64,000 bases of DNA, from assembly GCF_009914755.1 (NCBI RefSeq), contig NC_060944.1; one strand, given 5' to 3'. The position numbers were made by a program, and so were the translations under genes. The notes under the pieces are model-generated. The model searched no databases and was not told where the DNA came from. It worked only from the letters and a program-made list of their open reading frames with translations. This DNA is from the human T2T-CHM13v2.0 reference genome, Homo sapiens. Position 1 is the first letter of the stretch. Each line of letters opens with the position of its first letter. Positions 13,736-26,141 of the stretch are shown one piece after another.

Positions 13736-15690
13736 TTTTTTTTTCTTTTTTTTTTTTTTTTTTTTAATTTTCATTTTTATTTTTATTGATCATTCTTGGG
13801 TGTTTCTCACAGAGGGGGATTTGGCAGGGTCGTAGGACAATAGTGGAGGGAAGGTCAGCAGATAAACAAGTGAACAAAGGTCTCTGGTTTTCCTAGGGAG
13901 AGGACCCTGAGGCCTTCCGCAGTGTTTGCCTCCCTGGGTACTTGAGATTAGGGAGTGGTGATGACTCTTAACGAGCATGCTGCCTTCAAGCATCTGTTTA
14001 ACAAAGCACATCTTGCACCGCCCTTAATCCATTTAACCCTGAGTGGACACAGCACATGTTTCAGAGAGCACAGGGTTGGGGGGTAAGGTCACAGATCAAC
14101 AGGATCCCAAGGCAGAAGAATTTTTCTTAGTACAGAACAAAATGAAAAGTCTCCCATGTCTACTTCTTTCTACACAGACACGGCAACCATCCGATTTCTC
14201 AATCTTTTCCCCACCTTTCCCCCCTTTCTATTCCACAAAACCGCCATTGTCATCCTGGCCCGTTCTCAATGAGCTGTTGGGCACACCTCCCAGACGGGGT
14301 GGTGGCCGGGCAGAGGGGCTCCTCACTTCCCAGTAGGGGCGGCCGGGCAGAGGCACCCCTCACCTCCCAGACGGGGCGGCTGGCCGGGCGGGGGGCTGAC
14401 CCCCCCCACCTCCCTCCCGGACGGGGCGGCTGGCCGGGCAGAGGGGCTCCTCACTTCCCAGTAGGGACGGCCAGGCAGAGGCGCCCCTCACCTCCCGGAC
14501 GGGGCGGCTGGCCGGGCGGGGGGCTGACCCCCCACCTCCCTCCCGGACGGGGCGGCTGGCCGGGCGGGGGGCTGACCCCCCAACCTCCCTCCCGGACGGG
14601 GCGGCTGGCCGGGCAGAGGGGCTCCTCACTTCCCAGTAGGGGCGGCTGGGCAGAGGCGCCCCTCACCTCCCGGACGGGGCGGCTGGCCCCGGGCGGGGGG
14701 CTGACCCTCCACCTCCCTCCCGGACACGGCGGCTGCCGGGCGGAGACGCTCCTCACTTCCCAGACGGGGTGGCTGCTGGGCGGAGGGGCTCCTCATTTCT
14801 CAGACGGGGCGGCTGCCGGGCGGAGGGGCTCCTCACTTCTCAGACGGGGCGGTTGCCGGGCGGAGGGTCTCCTCCCTTCTCAGATGGGGCGGCTGGGCAG
14901 AGACGCTCCTCACCTCCCAGACGGGGTCGCGGCCGGGCAGAGGCTCTCCTCACATCCGAAACGGAGCGGCGGGGCAAAGGCGCTCCCCACATCTCAGACG
15001 ATGGGAGGCCGGGCAGAGACGCTCCTCACTTCCTAGATGGGATGGCGGCCGGGCAGAGACGCTCCTCACTTTCCAGACTGGGCAGCCAGGCAGAGGGGCT
15101 CCTCACATCCCAGACGATGGGCGGCCAGGCAGAGACGCTCCTCACTTCCTAGACAGGGTGGCGGCCGGGCAGAGGCTGCACTCTGGGCACTTTGGGAGGC
15201 CAAGGCAGGCGGCTGGGAGGTGGAGGTTGTAGCGAGCCGAGATCACGCCACTGCACTCCAGCCTGGGCACCATTGAGCACTGAGTGAACCAGACACCGTC
15301 TGCAATCCCAGCACCTCCGGAGGCCGAGGCTGGCGGATCACTCGCGGTTAGGAGCTGGAGACCAGCCCGGCCAACACAGCGAAACCCCGTCTCCACCAAA
15401 AAAATACGAAAACCAGTCAGGCGTGGCGGCACGCACCTGCAATCGCAGGCACTCCGCAGGCTGAGGCAGGAGAATCAGGCAGGGAGGTTGCAGTGAGCCG
15501 AGATGGCAGCAGTACAGTCCAGCTTCGGCTCGGCATCAGAGGGAGACCGTGGAAAGAGACGGAGAGGGAGACCGTGGGGAGAGGGAGACCGTGGGGAGAG
15601 GGAGACCGTGGGGAGGGGGAGAGGGAGAGGGAGAGGGAGAGGGAGACGGAGACGGAGACCGTGGGGAGAGGGAGAGGGAGAGGGAGACTC
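13736..15690 (-). mobile_element. Full-length SVA retrotransposon (SVA_D-F type), antisense to SLC24A3
   Basis: On the + strand: polyT, SINE-R (~13780-14280), GC-rich VNTR (~14280-15180), Alu-like segment (~15180-15540), (GGGAGA)n hexamer (~15540-15687); perfect TSD ACTCTTTTAGGATTCT at 13720-13735 and 15691-15706; TTCT/AA nick site. Confidence 0.97.
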
Positions 15691-15706
15691 ACTCTTTTAG
15701 GATTCT

Positions 15707-15900
15707 AAAAGGACTATTTTCTTTAACATAACCACATTATCGTCATACGTAAAATTAATACTAATTCCTTAATATCATAAAATACCTAATGTTCAAATTT
15801 TCAGTGGCCTCACAAATGTCTTTTTCATTGTTTTCTTTTAGTTTCATAAATATCATAAATATTTTAAAAATGAGAATTCAAATAAATTCCACTCATTAGA
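15707..15900 (-). mobile_element. Old L1 (L1MC-like 3' end) interrupted by the SVA; other part at ~13510-13720
   Basis: ataaccacattatc...aaaattaatactaattccttaatatca resembles the L1MC4/5 3' end. Confidence 0.5.
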
Positions 15901-16070
15901 ATTGGTGGCCCATGACTTGCTGCTGTGTCTGTATGTGTGTGCATGTGTGTGTGTGCATTTTCCTTGCACTTTGTTCTTTAATGAAGTTTGGCTGTTTGCT
16001 CTGCAGAGTTGCCCACGGTTGGAAAGCGTTGATTATATCCCATGATGTGGCACAGTCTGTTCCCTTGGCC

Positions 16071-16280
16071 TCTGTGTCTGTGTGTTGTCTGTGTGTGTAT
16101 GTGTGTGCATGACTGGGCATCTGTGTGTGTCTGTGTGCTGTGTGTCTGTGTGTGTGTCTGTATGTGTCTGTGTGTGCGAGTGTGTGTCTGTGTCTGTGTG
16201 TGTGTCTGTGTGTGTCTCTGTGTGTGTCTGTGTGTGTCTGTGTGTCTCTGTGTGTCTGTATGTGCATGTGTGTGTGTGTG
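16071..16280 (+). repeat. Compound (TG)n/(TGTC)n low-complexity repeat
   Basis: Directly visible. Confidence 0.9.
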
Positions 16281-17933
16281 CATTTTCCTTGCACTTTGTT
16301 CTTTGATGAAGTTTGGCTGTTTGCTCTGCAGAGTTGCCCATGGTTGGAAACTGTTGATTATATCCCATGCTGTGGTGCAATCTGTTCCCTTGGCCTATGT
16401 GTTTCCTATATGTCTGTAATTGATCTGATTCAGGCTAGACTATGTCCCAAGTGGTGGTAAAGTTCCATCACCAGGAGGCACGGTGAGGTCTGCCTTTCTC
16501 TGTCTGTAGTGTTGGCAGCCGTCAGCATTCAGGTTCCATCACCAGGAGGCATGGTGATGTCTGCCTTTCTCTGTCTGTAGTGTTGGCAGCCATCAGTGCT
16601 CAGTGTCTGCATCCATTATTTCGTTTGGGTTGCAAAATAGTGGTGTTCTAATTCTATGCTTCGTGTCTTATGAACTACAAATGACACCCGTCACTTTGAC
16701 TAGTTTTCTGTTCTCTCTCATGCAATGTAGTAACTGCACGTTCCTAGAGAGTACAGGAAAGAACTCATGGATGAGACGGTCCAGCCACAGAGGACCTCTT
16801 CGTCTCTCTGAGGTCTTGTTGCCATAGGCCAGCCACCTCAGAGCTGTACCCACTGAAGAATCAGGCACAAAGGAGATAGCTGGGAGGGAATCCAGAGAGC
16901 TTCATGTCTGTAGCAGCAAAGAGATGAGGAAAGGGAAGAGAAACATAGGTTGAGTGGCCTTCCAGCTGGCAGCTTACGGTCACCATGCCTAACTGCCATG
17001 CCTATGGGAGGCCGGAGGTCAAACTGGAGGTCCCCAGTGGGCTGTCCCATGGCCAGTAAACGATGGAGGGGGGAAAAGCAGTAGCAGCCTTTTGTGACAT
17101 GGAAACTGTGCCTGGCTGTCTTTGCCCGTGAGTTTTTATGAGTTTTCTAGGATTCCTCTGTGGGAATCTTCTCATACTAAAGCTAGGGAGACTGTAAAAA
17201 ACCATCCTCGGAACTTGTACAAGCTTCTTCCCTTCCCACCTCAGCCTGCTGGGGCATCTAAGGAACACTGCACAATGTATTCACTTGATCATTCTGGAGG
17301 ATAATAGCCTAGAATTTTTTCATAAAGCTAAGGGCCCATTGGATCTGAAACTTAGGCACGATAGTCATAGAAATTTGGAGAATCCCAACCCATGACCTCA
17401 GGAAACCAAAGCCATACAGAGACCTAGACGGCCAACCGGACTGTAGCACATAGACTGTGACACACAGCCACTGTTCCTGGGGAGTGGTGTGGATGAAGCA
17501 GCTTCTCCTTCTCCCAAAAAGCTGGTCCCTGATTACAAAGGCCCTGGAGATGTGGCCCAGAGAAGGTAGACCTTGACCATCCTACTGAGTCTTAGCACAG
17601 TCCTTCCATGTGCAGACTGAGAAGGGGAGCTCAATCCCAGAGAGGCCCCCACTGGCATGAAAGAGGTGGCAAAGTAAGCAATGTGCCCATGTGCTCTGGT
17701 TTATTTCTATAATGGTGGTTTTCTTTTCACTTACCATTTGTTCATAAATTGGGAAATGGGACAGGCTTGTATATTCTGAGGGGGAATGGGTTGAGAAAAT
17801 TAGAACACTAATAACTTGAGGCCTGGTGACTGTGCATGCAGACTGGGAGAGCTCTCAGAAGCACTTGGTGGGAGTTGAGAAATGGGAGAATGGAAAACAC
17901 TGATGGACTCTGCCCACTTGTCGCTTTGCTCAG

Positions 17934-18067
17934 ATATAACGCTTGCATACATCAGTGCTTTGAGAGGAGGACAAAAGGTGCCGGGAACATGGTCAACGGA
18001 TTGGCCAACAATGCTGAAATTGATGACAGCAGCAACTGCGACGCAACTGTGGTGCTACTTAAGAAAG
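17934..18067 (+). CDS. SLC24A3: SLC24A3 exon (probable exon 10), [15 protein letters not shown]...TVVLLKK
   Basis: ttgctcag|ATATAAC...AAGAAAG|gtaacc; 134 nt, phase 2/1; matches part of ORF 17836..18114. Confidence 0.94.
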
Positions 18068-18080
18068 GTAACCAAGGAGA

Positions 18081-18354
18081 GCACTTTGGGGTCCAAGGCA
18101 GGAGGATCAATTGAGGCCAGGAGTTCAAGACCAGCCTGGCCAACATGGCAAATCCCCATCTTTACTAAAAATACAACAAAATTAACCAGGAGTGGTGGCC
18201 CAAGCCTGTAATCCCAGCTGCATGGGAGGCCGAGGCATGAGAATCGCTTGAACGCAGGAGGCAGACGTTGCAGTGAGCCGAGATTGCTCTACTGCACTCC
18301 AGTCAGGACAACAGAGCCAGACCCTATTTCAAAAAAAAATAAAAGAAAGAAAGA
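18081..18354 (+). mobile_element. 5'-truncated Alu inserted 13 nt into the intron; its TSD spans the splice donor
   Basis: GCACTTTGGG... through A-tail; TSD AAAGGTAACCAAGGAGA at 18064-18080 and 18355-18371. Confidence 0.92.
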
Positions 18355-19969
18355 AAAGGTAACCAAGGAGATATTGTGTGTGAGAAGAAAGTGCTAGAAT
18401 ATGAGCCCATCTGCCCACTCTCATAGCCACACATGGCATGTCCCAGCTGGCCTTGAGAGGGCACTCCCTGCCCCGAGAGAGCAGAAGTTTCCAGTCCTCC
18501 AACCCTCCCTTTCACTACAATGTCATGGAGCCATCTCATACCTGGTAAGCCCCTTAGAGCTCAGAAAGCCCCCTGGAAATTCCCAGGCAACACATTTGCT
18601 CGAGTGCTGCAGAGAACAGGATGGCAAAGGAAAGGAGACCCTAGGTTCTGAGATAGGGTTTTGGTTGTGTGACCATGAAGCAGGTTATGTAACCTCTTGA
18701 GCCTCAGTTTTCTCTTCTGAAATATGAGAATCATTTTTGTAATAAGCAAAGTAGATAAATATGTGTCAGAGTTTAGTGCAATGCTCTATAAATGACAGGT
18801 GTTATTAGTATATTACTAGATCCAAATTCACTTTAAGGCTACATTAACTCAGTTTCCAAGCTGCAAACAGAAATAGAAAAGTGCCTTCCTCTTCAAAGTA
18901 ATTCTTGTATTCAGTCGAGTCTTACAAAACAGCTGAGACACTAAGGGAAATTAGATGGTGCTCTCAAATATATAATATTTTTTCTAAGAGGAACTCAGAA
19001 AATAATCATTTAATTTTACCTGGGATGTGTTTTTTACTTAATTTTTTAAACTTTTCTCTTGAAATATGGGAGTTTATTTTTTCTTGGTCCCATATGGTTG
19101 CTTTGCAGGAAGAAAAAAAAAGAAATTAGAAAGATTATTTTCAAATACATCTATGGGTTATTTTCAAATATATCTCTGACATCACTGCATCATTAGATTT
19201 TCAAAATTAAATATTTGATATATTTTTCTGAATGATTATACATATGTTTAACAAATGACTTAGGTGATTTAGTACCATTTCACATGAGGATTTTATTTAG
19301 TTTCTTCTCTTCTGGGTAGTTTATAACCGTAAAAGGAATATGCTAAAGAGAGCTACCTAGTATTAGCCAGTGTTTCCAGAGATCACTTCATGCTTTAGTG
19401 GCTTGGAAAACAGGAGCTAGTATTACAAGAGGCTGCAGCCAAGTACCCTTGAACTGTGTGCATATACAGCTCATTCATAGAGAGGGAGCTGGACCCTTCG
19501 TGCAACATTATTTTTTAGGCCTTCTGGTGAACTATCACACAAGATTTGTCCCAAGCACTCTTCTGACCTCGGTTCTCTGTAACATGAACAACTCACCCAA
19601 CACTTGTCAGCTCTGCTCATAGACTGGGCTGAGGGAATGTGTACATTTCACCACCATGTCCTCCAGTGCAGAACTGCACTAACGTCAATTCAGTAGCATT
19701 TAACAGCTCAGTATGAATATTGCTGACATTTGAAGGGCATATAGGGTACAAAGTTCTTGGAGTCTTCTCTGTGCCCCAGATCTGAATGGTGGGAAAAGAA
19801 TCCTTTAAGGACAAGGAGGAATTCTCTTATGGTATCATTAATTCTTACCATGTCAGTGAATGAGGCTTAAATTGTTTCAAGTCCTTTCAAAAGATTTAAC
19901 ATGAACACCCATGGAAAGGAGATTTTGACTCTTGTTCAAAATTTGCTCACTGCAACCCTTCCTGGCTGG

Positions 19970-20192
19970 CTGGATGAATGGAAAGAAGGAAGGAAAGAAG
20001 GAATAAGGAAAGAAGAGTGGATGGATGGATGGATAGGTGAGTTGGATGGATGGAAAGAAGAATGAATGCATGGATGGGTGGAAGGAAGGAAGAAATAAGG
20101 AAAGAAGAGTGGATGAGTGGATAGATGGATGGGTGAATGGATGGGAGGAAAGAAGGGAGGAAGAGAAAAGAAGGGAAGGAAGAATAAATGAA
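19970..20192 (+). repeat. (GGAT/GGAA)n purine-rich simple repeat
   Basis: Directly visible. Confidence 0.85.
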
Positions 20193-20251
20193 TGCCTCTT
20201 TCCTGCTCCTGGCCTCCATGTTATTTTACCTTATGTTTTTCGTTTCCCTAG

Positions 20252-20412
20252 CAAATTTCCACCGCAAAGCATCAGTGATCATGGTAGACGAGCTGCTGTC
20301 AGCCTACCCACACCAGCTTTCCTTCTCTGAGGCTGGCCTTCGAATCATGATAACCAGCCACTTTCCCCCCAAGACCCGGCTCTCCATGGCCAGTCGCATG
20401 TTGATCAATGAG
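20252..20412 (+). CDS. SLC24A3: SLC24A3 exon (probable exon 11), (A)NFHRKASVIMVDELL...SRMLINE
   Basis: ttccctag|CAAATTTC...AATGAG|gtacct; 161 nt, phase 1/0. Confidence 0.95.
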
Positions 20413-21175
20413 GTACCTGGGAAAGCACTGTCCACTGCCCACTGGACAGGGGTGGGAAACTCTGGGAAGGAGAGAAGGTTTCTTGTTTGAAAGAAGAAGC
20501 ACCTAACTCAAAGTTTAACACCGCAGCATCCCTCAGCCATTTCCTAATCTTAGTTCCCTGGGCCAGCTGTATATCTGGCCCTTGCTCTTCCCTCCACGTG
20601 TTGAGACATGGACTAATTTCCATTTATATAGAAAACTCCCCTGTTCCTTCTCCCTTTCACCCACATTTTTCTTCTATTCTTCCATTTGAATAAAGCCCCC
20701 TGATATGAACTTGCACAGAAATTGTTTCTAACTAAGGGTTACCTTAGTTTAAAGTAATCCAGAGTCCCTGACTTGAATTTTGCTGTGCATTCCTTTTCTG
20801 GAATATAGCCTTATTGATACACTAGACCAAACACAGTTGTGCAGCTTTCTCACATAGGGACCCAGGAACTCCTGCAGTCTGGGGAAGAAAGATGACATCA
20901 CAGTGCACAGAGTGTCAAGGAACTGCACATCCCCTAAGAACTTTCCTCTAAAGGGATTTGCAAGTTCTGATGGGTCATAAAAGACTAATCTTTCCTCCCA
21001 GATGGAAGTTGTCTGGAGTTGGTTATCACATTGAGAGGCCCCTTAAAACTTGACTCCAGGGTCTTCTGGAAGCATATCGTCAGCTGCCAGGGAAAGATCC
21101 CAACAGCTCATGTTCTGAGTGTAAGGTATTTGCAATCCCTCTGACCGTGGTAAGAGTGCGCCTTTCTCTTTCCAG

Positions 21176-21437
21176 AGACAAAGATTGATAAACAGCAGGG
21201 CTTATACCAACGGGGAATCTGAGGTGGCCATCAAAATCCCAATTAAGCACACCGTGGAGAATGGGACAGGGCCCAGCAGTGCCCCAGACAGGGGCGTGAA
21301 TGGGACACGGAGGGACGATGTTGTGGCTGAGGCTGGCAACGAAACAGAGAATGAAAATGAGGACAATGAGAATGATGAGGAGGAAGAGGAGGACGAGGAT
21401 GATGATGAAGGACCGTACACACCATTCGACACCCCCT
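21176..21437 (+). CDS. SLC24A3: SLC24A3 exon (probable exon 12), cytosolic loop with acidic tract, RQRLINSRAY...DEEEEEDEDDDEGPYTPFDTP
   Basis: tttccag|AGACAAAGA...ACCCCCT|gtaaga; 262 nt, phase 0/1. Confidence 0.95.
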
Positions 21438-21677
21438 GTAAGAGGTTCTATGTCTGGGCTGGGGTTGGGAGCTATTTTGAGCCACTGAGTAGATGCCCTT
21501 GACTTAGATTATCTTTTTACCATTCAATTTTTTAAAATCTCTGTATGAACATGAGACTATGTATATCAAGTCTCCTTTGGGCAGGACTTTGTTGTAGAAG
21601 TTCAAAGATGGCCAAGATGGGGGTCCATGATCATTGCTTGAAATGTGAGCTCTTTAACCAACTCTGTTTTGTGGAAG

Positions 21678-22176
21678 TGTTACTGAAATGTCAGGGATTT
21701 GTTCTAGGTCCTGCTCATCAGTACACAGAAAGCCAGTCACTGAGACAACGAATATTGCCAGGGAAGAAGGCTTTAATCAGGTGCTGCAGCTGAGGAGATA
21801 GGAGATCAGTCTCAAATCCATCTCGCTGACCAACTGCAATTGGGGATTTATATAGCAGGGAAGGAATGTAGCTACCTTCCAGCAAGCAGGAATTAGGGAG
21901 AAGTAAGGAAGAGGAATTGCTCCGCAGGAAATAGGCAGTCCATCAGGCATCACGATGAAGGAGAGATCTGACTCCTCATTGTCCAGACACAATGATCTGG
22001 TGAGTTTCAGTTCCTTGATGCCATCTGGGAGGCCTAAGGGTCCATTTCCTGAGAAAAGAGCTCAGGGAAGACAAATGTAAGTTTCGCAAGTTTTAAAGCT
22101 GAGAGAGAGTCAGTTTTTATATTAATTCAAAAGAAACTATAAGCATCAGTTCTATGGGACAGTTGGGCTGGTTTCA
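21678..22176 (-). mobile_element. ERV1-class solo LTR (subfamily uncertain)
   Basis: TG...CA termini; reverse strand begins TGAAACCAGCCCAACTGTCCCATAGAACTGATG; ~500 bp. Confidence 0.7.
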
Positions 22177-23084
22177 GGGGACGGTCTTATCTTACTTAGC
22201 TGTTCTGCAGGAACTTTTGGTATGAAGGAAGAAATGCCCATGACCCGTGTGGGCAAGGCAGCTTGGTGCACAAAAGGAGAGGCACGTCACTCACCTCCAC
22301 CCATCCCATTGCACCTAGCCGGGAGAGCTGTCCTGCCAAGGCCAGCCTGGTGGATGCCAAGGCCTGAAGAAGCTTTCAGGACCTCAGCCACCAGGGTGGT
22401 GTCCTCCTCTCCCAACTGCTGCCTCCAACAAGGACTTGGTTGTTCCAGAAACTGTTTCACCCCACCCCACCCATTATCAGAGCAGGTGGACCAAGCCCAA
22501 AGAATTCAGCCTATTTGCTGGACCTTCCAGAAGCTTCTGGCTGTTTCAGGGAAGAGTACACTAGTTTGATTCACATGGACTGTCAAGTGTGTGAGGCTCA
22601 GTATACATGTGCAGCAACCTCTTCGGGATGTTTGAATGTGCAGGATTATCTGAAGAAACGTTTGATTGACTTGAAAGCCCATTTAATGATAGGACATGGT
22701 GCCGAGTGTCAGAGTCCTGTGTTAATTTTGGATGCGCAGGGTCTTGCTGTGCTCCAGGGGAGCTCCTTTCTGTCCAGAGGACAGCAAGTAAAACTTGAAC
22801 CAGAGATGCCCCTGTGCCCACTCAGGGCACCCAAGATCTCAACCTCTTCAAGAACTTATCAGAAAATATTCATCCAGATTCCTATTCCCCCAGGTCCCTT
22901 ACCTCCCACCCAAAGCTAAATCATTACTTGTTAGTACATTATCTTCATAGAAAAAATGTACACTCGTTCTTTATCCATTTTGCCACCATCAGATATATTT
23001 CTTGGCAACCTTTCCTATCAACCAAGACAAAAACATCTTAAGGATTAAATGGCAAAACACTCCTTTCCTCCCTTGTAAACCCTT

Positions 23085-23580
23085 CCATTCATTTTCTGTT
23101 GCTGCATAACAAAATGCCACATATTTTGCAGCTCAAAACAAGACCCTCTGATTAGCTTACAGTTCTGTAGGTCAGAAGTCCTGCTGGATTCTGTCTCACA
23201 GGCCGTAATGAAGGTGTAGCCAGGGCTACATTCCTTTGCAGAGGCTCTGGGAGAAATCATTACCAGGCACCGGTTCATTGCGGCTGTGCAGGTCCTTGAT
23301 GGCTGTCAGCTGGGGATGTCCCACTGTTCCTAAAAGCCACAGAGCCCCTCCACCTTCACCTGGATGTGTGGAGCTCTTCCCGCCATCATTCCTAATCTCT
23401 CTGGCTCCCCTTTTGCTTTTGAGGACTCTTTGCAGCTAGATCAGGCACCTGCACAATCTCTCTACCTAAAGGTCAACTGTGCCATACAACACAGCAGAAT
23501 CACGAGGCTGATAGCTCATCCCACTCACAGACCCTGAGAATCTTAGGGACCTGTGTCTAGAATTCCACTTACTCAACCCC
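23085..23580. mobile_element. MaLR LTR (MLT1-type)
   Basis: ttgctgcataacaaaatgccaca...ttacagttctgtaggtcagaagtcc. Confidence 0.65.
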
Positions 23581-24874
23581 TGTTTTCAGAGTCCGCCATT
23601 AGCTGGCCATAACCAAGCTCCAGTAATGCTTATTTCGCTAAAATCTTTCACTAATTAAACAGTCGAGCCAGTGGAAGTTCTGTAAGTGACCAAGTTCTAT
23701 GTTAGCATCTTGGGAGCCCAGAATCCCCAAGTGCACCCCTCCAGGGGACAATGAAAGATGTGTGTGTGAGATGAGACCAAGTCTGGCCCAGTGCCTGGGC
23801 CTCGTTACTGATTGGGACCAAGCACCCCTTTCAGATCCCTGGTTCCGTATTTCTCTCCTGGATGAGAGCTAACTGTGGGGTTTCAAGGTCTTTGAAACTC
23901 GTGCTCGCCACCCTCTGTCTCACTGTGATTAGGTTGCAGATGATGGAGGCCTCAGACCTTCCAGCCACACCTTCTGGGCTCCTGTGTATGAGGAGACATG
24001 GCTGCAGGCATCTCACCCCCAACAGATGCTTCACCTGAGGCTCAGGAACCCCACATCCCCTCCTGTGTCCTTCCTGAAGCACAGACAGGAGAGAAGAGAC
24101 GATACTCTGTGTGGTCGTACCATCCCGTGGGGTCTCCATGTCATTCAAGGGCTCCCAGCTGCCAAGATAGAAAGCAGAATTCCAAGTTCTTCTCTAGCAG
24201 CCCTTCTCACCAGGGCTTCCTTAATGAAATGCACGTTCTGATTCAGGAGGTCTAGGGTGAGGCCCGAGTCTGCATTGCTAATCAAGAACCGGCTGCCCCC
24301 CATCCTGTGACACTGACGCTGCTGGTCTGTGTGCCACACTTGGAGCACGGAGAGGCTAGAGACCTAGAGGCACTCAGCAATCTTCCCAGTTCTTCTAAGA
24401 TGCGGGAAAGCCTGATTCAGAGCCCGGGTCTGCCTTTGAAAAGAGTGGGCTCCCCCAGTTACAACTGTCTCTTCCCCTCCACCAGCTGCTAAGGAATCCC
24501 AGGCCCAGAATTAGGAACTCCATTTTAAGGCAAGGGGACTGAATGTCCAGCCAGGCCCGCTTCCTGGGGCAGGCAGGCCTCTGCTTATGGGTGAGAAGCC
24601 TGTCGGGTGCTTCCGGCCAGCAGAGGGCATTGAGAAGCCAGGGAGTCAGTTCTGGGAGCCCCAGATGGGTTCCTATCAAGTCAAGTTCCTGTGGACTGAA
24701 AAAGATCCGTCCACATGATGAGGACATTTTTCTCTCTCATAGTCATTCTGCAAGGCATGAGTACCCTGTTTCTGGCACCCAGCCACAGTGCTTTCTTCTC
24801 TCAGGACTTGACTATAATGGGTATGATGATTACCAAGAAAGTAATTATTTAGGAGTATGTGAATACTGTTGTGA

Positions 24875-25100
24875 GTTCATATATGTACATATATGTACAG
24901 TGTGCAATTTAAGATTGATATAACATAGTGTTAACATGCACATGTATACTGTGTACACTTAATATATTGTATGCATGTATAATATATGTGCAGATATTAA
25001 CATATTTATGTTTATATATGTATATACTATATTATAGGTTATATACACACAATATACACATATACATCTACACTTGGTATATGCACATACATACATATAA
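24875..25100 (+). repeat. AT-rich (TA/TG/CA) low-complexity tract
   Basis: Directly visible. Confidence 0.75.
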
Positions 25101-25821
25101 ACGTGCAGCTATTGTTATCTCTTGGGTGAAGAAAGCCTTATTGTTGACAGACAGCAAAAGAAACCTTTTCATGTGTATGTAGGTAAACACATTTCCATGG
25201 GAAAGAAAAACTAGAAGGAAATACACCAAAATATAAGTAGGTTTTTCCAAAGCAAAATTATGTTTTTTCTGTATTTTTTACTTTAAAACAGTGTACATTT
25301 TTATTGCCGATATTATCGGAACAAATGTATATGTTTAGGTCTAGGTCTAAAATACTGTGCAATAACTTTTTCTCTCTTTGATAGAATTCAGCTTTCTTCA
25401 AAGCTGACTGAGGAACATAATTTAGAAACAAATCCTTTTGCTTGTTAAAGCCAAGTCCAACTCAAAGGGATACTATCATGCTTACGGGCCAGCTCCGGCC
25501 CCTGGCTTCAGCTCTCAGTTGCTGGCTGACTTTTGTGAAATCAGGTAATCACCAACACATCAGGTCCATGGTCAGGGAAGTTTTTTCTCTTAATTCATTG
25601 CTGTACCCCCAGGACCTGCAGCAGTGCCTGGCACAAAATGGCATAGAGGACATTCACAGATATTTATTAAATGAATGAATGAAGAATAAACCTATCCCCC
25701 TTGTTGCTCTATTTTGACCCAATGGTAATAGAGCAGAAGATGGAAAAATGTCCAGAAATGTTGTTGACTCAAAGAGGAAAGGAAACCTTTTTAACCCCTT
25801 TATTCAGAAATGGAAATTAAG

Positions 25822-26141
<320 letters not shown>

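Noticed and set aside
14280-15180. Regular repeats with variable units, superficially CRISPR-like
   Set aside because: This is the SVA VNTR; eukaryotic context, no unique spacers and no cas genes
14043-15731. Long ORFs (up to 255 aa) on both strands
   Set aside because: They lie entirely in the SVA SINE-R/VNTR/hexamer; GC-rich repeats lack stops; no coding evidence
15896-16460. Overlapping HT/CV-rich ORFs
   Set aside because: Translations of the TG microsatellite
22440-22919. 159-aa + strand ORF as a nested gene
   Set aside because: Non-ATG start, no recognisable domain and no supporting splice structure
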